A DNA stretch of 64,000 bases from Oceanispirochaeta sp. (lineage in GTDB: Bacteria > Spirochaetota > Spirochaetia > DSM-2461): positions 480,001 to 544,000 of the forward strand of contig CAXXOA010000001.1 in NCBI GenBank assembly GCA_963666275.2, written 5' to 3'. Below the pieces are notes generated by a model. It was not told where the DNA came from. It saw only the letters and a list, made by a program, of their open reading frames with translations, and searched no databases. Below, piece after piece: positions 9,203 through 18,867 of this stretch. The translations under genes and the position numbers were made by a program. Position 1 is the first letter of the stretch; each line of letters begins with the position of its first letter.

Positions 9203-10060
9203 ATGTTCAAGATCAGAAAACAGGGTTTATACAAAACAGTCTCTCTTCCGGCTTTCGGAAATCAGGACGTGGGGATTACTCCGGGCGGAGCCATGGATCT
9301 TTTCGCCTATCAGACGGGAAATGTACTGCTGGATAACAGGCGGGATGCCCCGGCTCTGGAAATGCTTTTTCCCCCCACCCTGGAATTTGAACAGGACACT
9401 TTTTTTGTCCTGACCGGCTCCTCCTGTTTGGGAGTCCGGCTTTCTGGTCCCGGGGGAGAGCAGACTATCCATCACGGAGAGGTTTCTCTGGCCCGGGCCG
9501 GGAGCGTCCTCTCTTTCGGAAAGAGGAATTACGGATTCCGAACCTACCTCTGCTACCGCTCAGCCCGGGAGCTTTCCGGCTCGGAAAATCCCGTGGGAAG
9601 GAAGAGAGGCTCCATAGGAGAGATTGCCCGCTGGATGGATCCGAAAGGCTATATCCGAGTGGTTGAAGGGCCTGAATATGATTCTTTGAATGATAAAGAA
9701 CTCTTTTTCAGAGAATCCTGGAGAATCTCACCCGAGACAAGCGATATGGGAATGCGGCTGGAAAATCCCTGTCTCCCCCTGAGTGTCTCCATGGGGAATA
9801 TGGTTTCAGAGGCCGTCGCTTCCGGTACGGTTCAGCTGACTCCCAAAGGTCCGATCATTCTTATGAAACACAGACAGACTGTGGGAGGCTATCCCCGTAT
9901 TTTCAATGTCATATCAGCGGATCTGGATCTGCTGGGGCAGGTGATGCCGGGGCAGAAACTCAGTTTCAGAAAAGTCACTCACGAAGAAGCGGTAGATATT
10001 CTGCGTAGGCAGAAAGAAGATATTGAAACATTGCAAAAAAGGTTCCTTGTGGAGGTCTAG
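9203..10060 (+). CDS. pxpC: 5-oxoprolinase subunit C (allophanate hydrolase subunit 2 / KipA-like)
   Basis: GGAMD, GFRTYL, SDMGMRL, SEAV..GTVQL, QTVGGYPRI. Confidence 0.88.
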   Translation: MFKIRKQGLYKTVSLPAFGNQDVGITPGGAMDLFAYQTGNVLLDNRRDAPALEMLFPPTLEFEQDTFFVLTGSSCLGVRLSGPGGEQTIHHGEVSLARAGSVLSFGKRNYGFRTYLCYRSARELSGSENPVGRKRGSIGEIARWMDPKGYIRVVEGPEYDSLNDKELFFRESWRISPETSDMGMRLENPCLPLSVSMGNMVSEAVASGTVQLTPKGPIILMKHRQTVGGYPRIFNVISADLDLLGQVMPGQKLSFRKVTHEEAVDILRRQKEDIETLQKRFLVEV

Positions 10061-10062
10061 TT

Positions 10063-10923
10063 ATGGGAATTTATTATATCGACGGGAAATTTGTTCCTGA
10101 AAATGAAACGACAGTATTGGCGAAGGATATAGCTGTTTTGCGCGGTTATGGTGTTTTTGATTTTATGCGGACATACAACAGGCGTCCCTTTCATCTGGAA
10201 GATCATATCGCCAGACTCCGGAATTCCGCCGATCTGATCGGTCTGGAGCTGAGATGGTCCGATGAGGAAATCGCTCAGGCTGTTTACGATACCATGGATA
10301 AAAATCCCGGGTATGAAGAAGCGAATATCCGTATTGTTGTGACCGGAGGAGAGAGTTCCAACGGTGTTCTTCCCGAAGGAAAGGGAAAGCTCATTGTCAT
10401 GGTTACGGAAAAGCACTCCCTCCCTGACTGGTGGTACACAGACGGCGCTCCCGTTATTACCGTGGATATTGAACGGTATATTCCCGAAGCCAAAAGTATC
10501 AACTATATGAATGCGGTTATGGCTCAGCAGAAAGCTGTCAAAGCCAAGAGCATTGAAGCGATTTATGTCGATAAGGACAACCGGGTTCTGGAAGGAACCA
10601 CAACCAATATTTTCTGCTTCAAAGGCAATAAAATCATCACTCCCGGAAAGGATATTCTCAACGGGATCACAAGAAAAGTCGTCCTGGAAATGGTAGGGGA
10701 TATGTACGATCTTGAAATCCGGGATATCCTGAAGGATGAACTGAAAGATTTTGATGAAATTTTCATTACCGCATCCAACAAGGAGATCGTTCCTGTAAAC
10801 AGAATTGATGATCTTGTGATCGGAAATGGAAAACCCGGTCCCAAAACCCTGGCTGTTATGGATGCCTTCAGAGAGCTGACCGGAGCTTATGGAAAAGCTG
10901 AGCTCGAAGCCGCCGCGGTTTAA
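10063..10923 (+). CDS. Class IV PLP aminotransferase, probably a D-amino acid aminotransferase
   Basis: RGYGVFD, HIARL, KSINY (PLP Lys), EGTTTNIF, ILNGITR; adjacent to alr. Confidence 0.85.
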   Translation: MGIYYIDGKFVPENETTVLAKDIAVLRGYGVFDFMRTYNRRPFHLEDHIARLRNSADLIGLELRWSDEEIAQAVYDTMDKNPGYEEANIRIVVTGGESSNGVLPEGKGKLIVMVTEKHSLPDWWYTDGAPVITVDIERYIPEAKSINYMNAVMAQQKAVKAKSIEAIYVDKDNRVLEGTTTNIFCFKGNKIITPGKDILNGITRKVVLEMVGDMYDLEIRDILKDELKDFDEIFITASNKEIVPVNRIDDLVIGNGKPGPKTLAVMDAFRELTGAYGKAELEAAAV

Positions 10924-10926
10924 GCT

Positions 10927-12060
10927 ATGCTTCCTGAGCATGTGATACAGGCGGATATTGATCTGTCTGCTGTTCAGCACAATGTCACTGTTTTAAAGGG
11001 GCACATTGGTCCTGCTGTTAAACTGGCGGCTGTGGTGAAGGCCAATGCCTACGGGCACGGGGCTGTGGAAGTGGCGGAAGCCGCTGTCCTGGGCGGTGCT
11101 GAATACCTTGCGGTTGCAAGGTATTCGGAGGCACTGGAACTGCGGGAAGGGGGCATAAAGGCTCCTGTCCTGATCTTCGGCCATACCCCTCCCGTTCTGG
11201 CAGAGACTATTGCCCGGTACGGCCTGACGCCGGTGGTCAATTCCCTCCAGGAGGCCCGGACGCTCTGTGAAGCGGCGGCTGCCCTGGAGGAAATCATCAC
11301 AGTTCATGTCAAAATCGATACGGGTATGGGCCGTGTGGGCCTGCCCGGCGCTTCTGTTGAAGAGACTGTTGCGGATGTGCTGAGGATCCATGATCTTCCC
11401 GCTCTCCACCTGGAGGGTATCTTTACCCATTTTGCCAATGCTGATTCAGCGGATAAAACTCATGTAAAAGAACAGTTCTCCCTGTTCTCCCGGATTCTGG
11501 ACTCTCTGGAGGAGAGGGGATTGAGGATTCCCATCCGTCATGCCGCCAACAGTGCGGCAACCCTAGAGTTCCCCGAGTCTCATCTGGATATGGTCCGTCC
11601 CGGGATTGTCCTCTACGGGCTGGCCCCTTCGAAAGATGTGGACATGACGCGTCTGCCTTTAAAACCTGTGATGTCTCTGAAGACAAAGATCATTCATCTG
11701 AAAAAAGTCCCGTCGGACTTTAAAATCAGTTACGGCAGTACCCATGTCACTGAGCGATCAACAAGGATCGCCACAGTCCCTATCGGCTATGCAGACGGGT
11801 TCAGCCGGCTTCTCTCTTCAAAGGGATTCATGCTTGTCAAAGGCAAAAGAGTTCCTATTGTCGGAAGGGTCTGTATGGATCTTACCATGATCGATGTCGG
11901 GGATGTTGAAAATGTCAGGGTGGGGGATGAAGTCGTCGTATTCGGTCCCCAGGAGGATCAGTATCTTGCTGCTGATGAACAGGCGGATCTGGAAGGAACC
12001 ATCAATTATGAAGTGGTCTCCACTCTGACATCCAGGGTTCCCCGGGTGTATCTCCGCTAG
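10927..12060 (+). CDS. alr: Alanine racemase
   Basis: AVVKANAYGHG, HVKIDTGMGR, HAANSAA, GYADG, GRVCMD, TINYE. Confidence 0.97.
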   Translation: MLPEHVIQADIDLSAVQHNVTVLKGHIGPAVKLAAVVKANAYGHGAVEVAEAAVLGGAEYLAVARYSEALELREGGIKAPVLIFGHTPPVLAETIARYGLTPVVNSLQEARTLCEAAAALEEIITVHVKIDTGMGRVGLPGASVEETVADVLRIHDLPALHLEGIFTHFANADSADKTHVKEQFSLFSRILDSLEERGLRIPIRHAANSAATLEFPESHLDMVRPGIVLYGLAPSKDVDMTRLPLKPVMSLKTKIIHLKKVPSDFKISYGSTHVTERSTRIATVPIGYADGFSRLLSSKGFMLVKGKRVPIVGRVCMDLTMIDVGDVENVRVGDEVVVFGPQEDQYLAADEQADLEGTINYEVVSTLTSRVPRVYLR

Positions 12061-12099
12061 TCCCGGTTCAAACCGTCCGAGGGGCCCCCGGATAGGGGG

Positions 12100-12984
12100 T
12101 CACTCCAGAATCAGCTCTTTCAGAAATTTCAGACAGCTGTGAACCGCCGGCTGGTCGGAGAGTTCAAAAGCCTCTTTCAGTGATACCACCTTCCGGAGTC
12201 TCTCCTCTCTTTCATCCCACTGCTTTCTCAGCTTGCTCACCTCGATGGGAAAGGCAAGCATATTGATATAGTCGCTTCCTCTTTTGTAGGGAATCCTGAT
12301 GGGACGATGGGTCACGGTCCCTTCCACTCCGGCCTCTTCGTAGGCTTCCAGCAGGGCCACTTCTTCAAAGGTTTTCCGGCTCTCCTGATGGCCTTTGGGA
12401 AAAATCCAGTGATGGTTGTTCCGTTTCGTTACCAGAATGACCCGGAGTTTTCCTTTCTTCCAGAAGTAGGGAATCGTACCCACAACTCCCTTGTTCATTC
12501 CCGAGGGGAGGAGCTGATGGAGCTGATGAGCATCGATCCTGGCGAGGGAGCGGTTCATATACCTTTTGTCAAAGGTTACCTCTTCGCCGAAATAGGGCGG
12601 CGGCTGGAATAGGGCTGCTTCTTTTTTATCAACGAATTCCACTTCCGCAGTGTACAGCCCCTGCAGGGAGCCCTGGTAGGCATCAATTTCCACTTCCATT
12701 TCCTGCCATAGGGTTGTATAGCGGATTTTCTCAAGACGAAGCCCTTCCGTTGCTTCCCAGAAAAGGTCAAACTGGGACTGGCTTATTTCCGTTTCCAGCT
12801 CCTTCCGGCGGAGACCCGATCCGATTTTCACAGTCTGGTAACAGGTCTTCTCTTTCTGACGGAGCCGGACTTCTCTGTCCTTTTCCAAAGCCAGATATCC
12901 CTGTTTTATCCGGGCTTTCTGTATATATTTCAAATCCTCCGGGAGCGTCTCCAGTAGAAATTTTCTTTCAATTTCATGATTCAT
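12100..12984 (-). CDS. CYTH domain - NUDIX hydrolase fusion
   Basis: EIERKFL (CYTH ExExK), KQGYL, EKIRY, AEVEF; C-terminal WIFPKG...EAYEEAGV Nudix box; AGGAG before ATG 12984. Confidence 0.88.
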   Translation of the reverse strand: MNHEIERKFLLETLPEDLKYIQKARIKQGYLALEKDREVRLRQKEKTCYQTVKIGSGLRRKELETEISQSQFDLFWEATEGLRLEKIRYTTLWQEMEVEIDAYQGSLQGLYTAEVEFVDKKEAALFQPPPYFGEEVTFDKRYMNRSLARIDAHQLHQLLPSGMNKGVVGTIPYFWKKGKLRVILVTKRNNHHWIFPKGHQESRKTFEEVALLEAYEEAGVEGTVTHRPIRIPYKRGSDYINMLAFPIEVSKLRKQWDEREERLRKVVSLKEAFELSDQPAVHSCLKFLKELILE

Positions 12985-13377
12985 ACTCCTACTATATAAA
13001 AAATAAATCACTTGGTCTTTACTTGTCTGCCTGGAAATCTTCCAACATTTCATCTCTTCCTCTCATCAGAGAGGAAATAAGAATCCTTTTCCGGATGGAA
13101 TGTGAATATTTACATAATAATTGGTCTATATATAACTATAAAAATATAATGATAAAAAAATATTGACAACTCCTGAATGGTGCTGTTTAAATAGTAATTA
13201 CACAATATATATTTCCTTTAATATTTATAAACACCAGGATTGAATCTTAAAATCTGCTTTTAAAAAAAAAGGAGTTTTTCTTTCGCAACAGATTTTAAAG
13301 GATTACGATTAAAGGAATAGCCTACCCCGATTTACTTATAACTGGAAACTTTACTACTAAAAAAATGGAGGAATTCT

Positions 13378-13869
13378 GTGAAGTTTAAAACCGCCGTTAT
13401 TTCGCTTGTGTTGGGCCTGCTGTTCTGGCTCGGTCTGAACGGCAGTTCTGATCCGGGAGTACTTATTGCAGGGGCTGCCGTTGCGTTCATCGCGGCGTCA
13501 TTCCATGTGAAATCTCCTGTCCTGGGAGATCTAAGGCTCACACCCAAAGCGCTCTTCGCCTTCCTGGCCTGGATGTTTGTTTTTGCTTTTGAACTGATCA
13601 AATCCAATATCGACGTGATGTTCCGGGTTATCTCTCCCCGGGTAAGGATCAATCCGGCCATTGTGGAAGTCAAAACCAGGCTGAAGTCTCCTCTGGGACG
13701 ACTGGCCCTGGCAAATTCCATCACTCTCACACCGGGAACACTCACGGCGGATATCAGGGATGACAGCCTTTTTATCCACTGGATCGATGCCTCCACCACC
13801 AATGTGGAAGAGGCCACTGATGCTATCGTGGCAAAGTTCGAAAAACATCTGGAGGTGATCTTTGGCTGA
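13378..13869 (+). CDS. mnhE: Na+/H+ antiporter subunit E (MnhE/MbxA-like)
   Basis: LANSITLTPGTLT, IHW; GTG start. Confidence 0.9.
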   Translation: MKFKTAVISLVLGLLFWLGLNGSSDPGVLIAGAAVAFIAASFHVKSPVLGDLRLTPKALFAFLAWMFVFAFELIKSNIDVMFRVISPRVRINPAIVEVKTRLKSPLGRLALANSITLTPGTLTADIRDDSLFIHWIDASTTNVEEATDAIVAKFEKHLEVIFG

Positions 13870-14122
13870 CCAGATTCTTATGATTGCGGTCCTGATCTCC
13901 CTGGGGAGCATCGGGATCATTCTTATCCGGTTTATACTGGGACCTTCTGTTCTGGACAGGGTCGTGGCCTTTGATGCAGCCGGTATCATCGGGATTTCCC
14001 TGATTGTTCTGCTCTCCCATTTTCTGGAAAGGGTCATCTATGTGGATGTGGCTCTTGTTTATGGCCTGCTCAGTTTTATCGGTGTCCTGGTTGTGGCCAG
14101 GTATCACGAAAGGGGGCTTTGA
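13862..14122 (+). CDS. mnhF: Na+/H+ antiporter subunit F (MnhF-like)
   Basis: GPSVLDRVVAFD, DVALVY..LSF.G. Confidence 0.9.
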   Translation: MADQILMIAVLISLGSIGIILIRFILGPSVLDRVVAFDAAGIIGISLIVLLSHFLERVIYVDVALVYGLLSFIGVLVVARYHERGL

Positions 14123-14458
14123 ATGGAAATGTTAGGCGCAATCCTTGCCCTGATGGGATCAATAATCTTTCTGATCAGTGCTTTGGGATTAATCCGTATG
14201 CCCGACCTGTACAACAGGATTCAGACGGGAACCAAAGCCACCACCCTGGGAACCATACTCCTTGCGGTGGGGCTCTGTCTTGTTCACCCCGCATGGACGG
14301 GAAAGCTAGTAATCCTGATGCTTTTTATACTGCTGACCAACCCGATCTCCTCTCATGTGGTGGCCAGGGGAGCCCATTACAGCGGTCAGGAAATGACAGA
14401 GAAAACCATTAATGACGCTCTGGCGGAGGAAGATCCTCAGAAGGAGGTGACAGCATGA
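14123..14458 (+). CDS. mnhG: Na+/H+ antiporter subunit G (MnhG-like)
   Basis: GLIRMPDLYNR...TKATTLG, TNPISSH. Confidence 0.9.
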   Translation: MEMLGAILALMGSIIFLISALGLIRMPDLYNRIQTGTKATTLGTILLAVGLCLVHPAWTGKLVILMLFILLTNPISSHVVARGAHYSGQEMTEKTINDALAEEDPQKEVTA

Positions 14459-14700
14459 CTGTGATTTTTCTTATCGTGGCACTCTTTACGCTTGTTCTGG
14501 CTCTTTATGCGGTTCTGACAAAAGACAGAACCGTGGCCGTCCTGTCGGCGGGAGCTGCCGGGCTGTTCGCTTCGATCCTGTTTATCATGATGGCTGCTCC
14601 GGATGTGGCCATGACCGAAGCGGCCATCGGAAGCGGTTTGACCACATTTATCTTTTTCTTTGCTCTGAAAAAAGTGAAAAGGGGGCAGGGGAATGGTTAG
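14455..14700 (+). CDS. DUF4040 / MbhD-like membrane subunit
   Basis: APDVAMTEAAIG motif, three hydrophobic helices. Confidence 0.85.
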   Translation: MTVIFLIVALFTLVLALYAVLTKDRTVAVLSAGAAGLFASILFIMMAAPDVAMTEAAIGSGLTTFIFFFALKKVKRGQGNG

Positions 14701-15394
14701 GAAAGGTTTTATTCTTCTTATGATCCTGGCCCTGGGAGCTCTTTTCTGGGATTTTGCAGGGGAATACGCAAGCCGTCAGGTTCTGCCTGAAGTCTCCGCC
14801 CACTATGTGGAACAGGGACCGGAAGAGCTGGGAGCACCCAATGTGGTTACCTCCGTGGTTGTAACCTACCGGGGGCTGGATACCCTGGGAGAAGTGACGA
14901 TCCTTTTTGCCGCCGCAGCGGTAGTGGGTCTTCTGCTCCATCTCAAGGGAAATGAAAACGAAAAAAGGCGGGAGGGGAGTGAGCTGCTGCAGACCGGAGC
15001 AGCCCTTCTGTTTCCTCTGATCCTGCTGTTCGGCGTGTATGTCTTTATGAACGGGCATCTTACACCGGGGGGTGGTTTTCAGGGCGGCGCCATCATCGCA
15101 TCGGCTGTGGTCCTGTCAGCTCTTGCCCATCCCGACAGAAAGGGGAATCACACTGTCCTTTCTCTGATCGAATCCCTCTCCGGGCTGAGTTATGTCATCC
15201 TGGGGGCGGCGGGAGTCTTCCTGACAGTCAATGGGTTTCTGGATAATCGGATCCTCCCTCTGGGCAGGTATGGTTCCCTCTTCAGCGCCGGGCTGATCCC
15301 TGTGATCTACTCTGTGGTGGGGCTCAAAGTCGGTGCGGAGCTCAGCTCCGTGGTGGTTTCTCTGAAAGGAGAACCCGGGGAGGAGAGGGTATGA
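14693..15394 (+). CDS. mnhB: MnhB-family subunit (MbhE+MbhF-like fusion)
   Basis: NVVTSVVVTYRGLDTLGE and GHLTPGGGFQGG. Confidence 0.88.
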   Translation: MVRKGFILLMILALGALFWDFAGEYASRQVLPEVSAHYVEQGPEELGAPNVVTSVVVTYRGLDTLGEVTILFAAAAVVGLLLHLKGNENEKRREGSELLQTGAALLFPLILLFGVYVFMNGHLTPGGGFQGGAIIASAVVLSALAHPDRKGNHTVLSLIESLSGLSYVILGAAGVFLTVNGFLDNRILPLGRYGSLFSAGLIPVIYSVVGLKVGAELSSVVVSLKGEPGEERV

Positions 15395-15741
15395 TAGGTA
15401 ATATTGCCCTTGTAACCGGGGTTCTGCTGATCCTTATCGGACTGTGGGGACTCCTGACCAACAAAGATATGATCCGCATGATTGTGGGATGCTCTCTTTT
15501 TGACCTGGGTGTGCATATTGTGATGCTCAGTGTGGGATACATAAGCGGCGGCACGGCCCCGATTGTCGAAAAGCTTGCAGATCCAGGTAAAACCTATGTG
15601 GACCCGGTTCCCCAGGCTCTTGTGCTGACTGCTATTGTGATCGGCCTGGGAATCACCGCTTTCATGCTGACCTATGCGGTGAGTCTCTATGAAAAAAAAG
15701 GGACCCTGGACATTGACAGGTTTGAGGAGCTGAAATGGTAA
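15391..15741 (+). CDS. mnhC: MnhC / NuoK-like subunit
   Basis: DPVPQALVLTAIVIG. Confidence 0.9.
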   Translation: MIGNIALVTGVLLILIGLWGLLTNKDMIRMIVGCSLFDLGVHIVMLSVGYISGGTAPIVEKLADPGKTYVDPVPQALVLTAIVIGLGITAFMLTYAVSLYEKKGTLDIDRFEELKW

Positions 15742-18700
15742 ATCCGATTTTTCTCATAGTAATTGCCCTGGGTACCGCGTTTCTCCTCGGCCTGTTTCGA
15801 AAAGCCTCTGTATCCCTCCGGTCGGGACTGACCCTGCTGGCCCTGGCTGCCATGACAGCGGTTTCGGCCTTGTGGGTGTATGGTATCTTCTCCGGGAGCA
15901 CCCCGGGAATGGATGTTTTCACAGCGGGCTTCAAACCGCCCCTTTCCATTAGCCTCTCCCTGGGAAAGACAGAGGCTGTTCTTCTTCTGCTTGTCAATCT
16001 GACAGCTTTTATGAGCATGCTGTTCCTCAGAAAAGAGGTTCAATCCACATCGGTCTATATGCTGATGCTGCTGATGGTCTTTGTGACCGGTCTGAACGCT
16101 GTGGTTATGACAAGGGATCTGTTCAATCTTTTCGTGTTTATTGAAATTGTCAGCATCGCCTCTGCAGGTCTCATTGCCCTTAAAAGTGATCTCAGGCAGC
16201 TGAGCGCGGGATTCAAGTTTGTCATTGCCGGGGCCCTGGCCAGCGGATTCATGCTGCTGGGGATTATATTCGTCTACTACAGCACGGGATCCCTCAATCT
16301 GGATGTGATTGCCTCCACCCTGCCTGCGGCTCTGGCCTCCGCCGGGTTTGCGGGAATCTTTCTGGTTTTTATCGGAATGATCATGGAGCTGAAACCTTTT
16401 CCCGTGAACGGATGGGGACTGGATGTCTATGAAGCGGCCCAGCCTCCTGTGGCGGCTCTTGTGGCGGCCGGAACCGGCAGCGTTATGTTCTACGCCTTCA
16501 TTAAAGTTATGGCAGTCCTGGGCGGTCATTTTACAGGTGCCGCCATTGTGATCGGCGGGGCCACCTTCGTGGGCATGAATATTCTGGCCCTGAAACAGGA
16601 AAAGGCCCGCCGGCTCCTGGGATACTCCTCCATCAGCCAGATGGGCCTCCTTGTCATGGCCTACGGTCTTCTGAGGCAGACCGGAGCCCCCCGGCCGGAT
16701 GTTATCCTCTTCGGTCTCCTCATAACCCATGCCCTGGCCAAGGCCGGGCTCTTCTGGATCGCCGGTCTTGTGGAAAAGGAGAATATCCGGGACTGGGCAC
16801 TTATCCGGAGAAATCCGGCGGCTCTACTGGCTATGATCCTGGCTGTCTTCGGCCTCACCGCCTTTCCTCCTTTCCCTTCGTTTTTTGCCAAATGGGAACT
16901 GGTTATGGCCCTGGCGGGAAAAGGAGGATTCGGTTTCATCGCTGTGATTCTGGTGGGATCTTTCCTGGAAGCGGTCTATCTCTTCCGCTGGCTGGGATAT
17001 GCTCTGAAACTGGATTTCAGCAGGGATGAGCCCTTTAATACCTCGTCTCTTTCTGCTGTGCCCTCTCTTCTGTTCGGCCTGATTCTGGTGGGGCTCGGTT
17101 ACTTTATGGGCACCCCCTACGGAATCTCCTGGATCCCCCTTGGGGCGGTACTGGGTTTTCTGGTTCTGGACAGGCTGGATTCCCGGATCAAGAATACCTT
17201 TGCCCTGATCGTGATCGGTGCGTTCGGGTACCTGAACTACACCCACTATATGGGTGACCTTTTCAAGGTGATTTTTGCCGGTGTTTTTATTGGCGGCGCC
17301 TTTCTGACCACCCTGTCGGGATACTACTACAAAGGCCGAAGAGCCGGCTTCCATGCCTCTACCATGTCCATGTTTTTCGGGCTGTTCATGCTCCTTTCGG
17401 CGCAAACGATGCTGCAGTTCTTCTATGCCTGGGAGTTTATGGCCATCGGTTCCTACTTTCTGCTGATCCGGGGAAAGAAATCCATGCCCCACGGCTACAG
17501 CTATCTGATGTTCAGCATCGGCGGTTCCTTTGCCATGCTTATGGGCTTTGCCATGGCCTATCTTTCCAGCGGATCGGCGGGGATGGATGCGCTGCATCAT
17601 ATATCCGTGTATCCCGCCGTGGCCTACTCTCTGCTGCTTATCGGTTTTATGACCAAAACCGCCACCATGGGGTTCCATACCTGGCTTCCCGGAGCTCACG
17701 GTGAAGCTGTCGCGGACATTCACTTTATGGCTTCGGCGATCCTGCTGAAAGCGGGAGTCCTGGGAATCATCTACGTGCTTCTGGGAATGGACCTTAATAC
17801 GGCCTACAGTCACTGGATCCTGCTGACCCTGGGATGGCTGGGAATCCTCAGCTCCCTTATAGGCAATGTGAATGCCGCTTTTCAGGAGAGTGCCAAGAGG
17901 CTCCTGGCCTGGTCCAGTATCGGACAGCTGGGATACATTGTGTTCGGTCTGTCCACCATGAGTCATATGGGCTGGCTCATCGCCCTCTCCCTTTCGATCA
18001 CCCACTTCCTGTACAAGGGAATCCTCTTCCTTATAATCGGGGGGATCTCTCTGAAACTCGGTACACCCATGATGTATAAGATGGGCGGTATGATCCGGAA
18101 AATGCCCTTCAGCTTTCTGGCTGTTCTGATCGCCATTATCACCCTGTCGGGCATTCCTCCCCTGGTGGGATTCACAGCCAAGTGGATTCTCTACAATGTC
18201 ACCGTAGGCAACGGCCTCTATTTTCAGGGCGTTATTGCCTCCTTTGCCGGGCTCGTGGCGTTCCTCTATCTGTTCCGTCTGATCTTCTCCATCTTTCTGG
18301 GACAGCTGAAGGACGAACACCGGAAGGTGGGGGAGATCAATATCTGGTTTCTCATTCCCGTCTATCTTCTGATTACCTATATCATTGTGGTCTCCTTTCT
18401 GCCGGGAACCCTCCTGGGACCCATCGGAGACAAACTGATGGCCTTCTTTCCGGAAAACCCGATTATCTGGGAAGGCTATCTGGCTAAATCGGAACTGGGC
18501 TACTTCAACGGAACCATGATTATGAATGTCTTCATGACCCTCTTTGTGGTGAACTTCCTGATCCTCTTCCTTATGAACAGAAAAAGAGCCCAGAAGGTGG
18601 AACAGTTCAATATCGTCTATGCGGCGGAACGGCCGGCCAGGCCCGAAACCACTCATTTCGCCTACAACTTCTTCGCTCCCTACAGAAGGGCCGTGGGGGT

Positions 18701-18866
18701 ACTGGAATATCCTTTTGTCACCCGGTTCTGGAGCGGCCTCAGTGATATCCTTCACGCCCTGAGCGGTTTCTTCCGGAGGGTTTATACGGGAAACGGACAG
18801 ACCTATCTGCTGCAGATGGTCGTATTTGTGGTCGTCACCTATATGCTGACCAGAGGAGGAGTGTGA
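15735..18866 (+). CDS. Double antiporter-like subunit (two fused MrpD/NuoL-M-N-type proton-translocating modules)
   Basis: 1043 aa; two sets of motifs: DLFNLFVFIE..WGLDVYEAA..RLLGYSSISQ and FFYAWE..HTWLPGAH..KRLLAWSSIGQ. Confidence 0.88.
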   Translation: MVNPIFLIVIALGTAFLLGLFRKASVSLRSGLTLLALAAMTAVSALWVYGIFSGSTPGMDVFTAGFKPPLSISLSLGKTEAVLLLLVNLTAFMSMLFLRKEVQSTSVYMLMLLMVFVTGLNAVVMTRDLFNLFVFIEIVSIASAGLIALKSDLRQLSAGFKFVIAGALASGFMLLGIIFVYYSTGSLNLDVIASTLPAALASAGFAGIFLVFIGMIMELKPFPVNGWGLDVYEAAQPPVAALVAAGTGSVMFYAFIKVMAVLGGHFTGAAIVIGGATFVGMNILALKQEKARRLLGYSSISQMGLLVMAYGLLRQTGAPRPDVILFGLLITHALAKAGLFWIAGLVEKENIRDWALIRRNPAALLAMILAVFGLTAFPPFPSFFAKWELVMALAGKGGFGFIAVILVGSFLEAVYLFRWLGYALKLDFSRDEPFNTSSLSAVPSLLFGLILVGLGYFMGTPYGISWIPLGAVLGFLVLDRLDSRIKNTFALIVIGAFGYLNYTHYMGDLFKVIFAGVFIGGAFLTTLSGYYYKGRRAGFHASTMSMFFGLFMLLSAQTMLQFFYAWEFMAIGSYFLLIRGKKSMPHGYSYLMFSIGGSFAMLMGFAMAYLSSGSAGMDALHHISVYPAVAYSLLLIGFMTKTATMGFHTWLPGAHGEAVADIHFMASAILLKAGVLGIIYVLLGMDLNTAYSHWILLTLGWLGILSSLIGNVNAAFQESAKRLLAWSSIGQLGYIVFGLSTMSHMGWLIALSLSITHFLYKGILFLIIGGISLKLGTPMMYKMGGMIRKMPFSFLAVLIAIITLSGIPPLVGFTAKWILYNVTVGNGLYFQGVIASFAGLVAFLYLFRLIFSIFLGQLKDEHRKVGEINIWFLIPVYLLITYIIVVSFLPGTLLGPIGDKLMAFFPENPIIWEGYLAKSELGYFNGTMIMNVFMTLFVVNFLILFLMNRKRAQKVEQFNIVYAAERPARPETTHFAYNFFAPYRRAVGVLEYPFVTRFWSGLSDILHALSGFFRRVYTGNGQTYLLQMVVFVVVTYMLTRGGV

Positions 18867-18867
18867 G

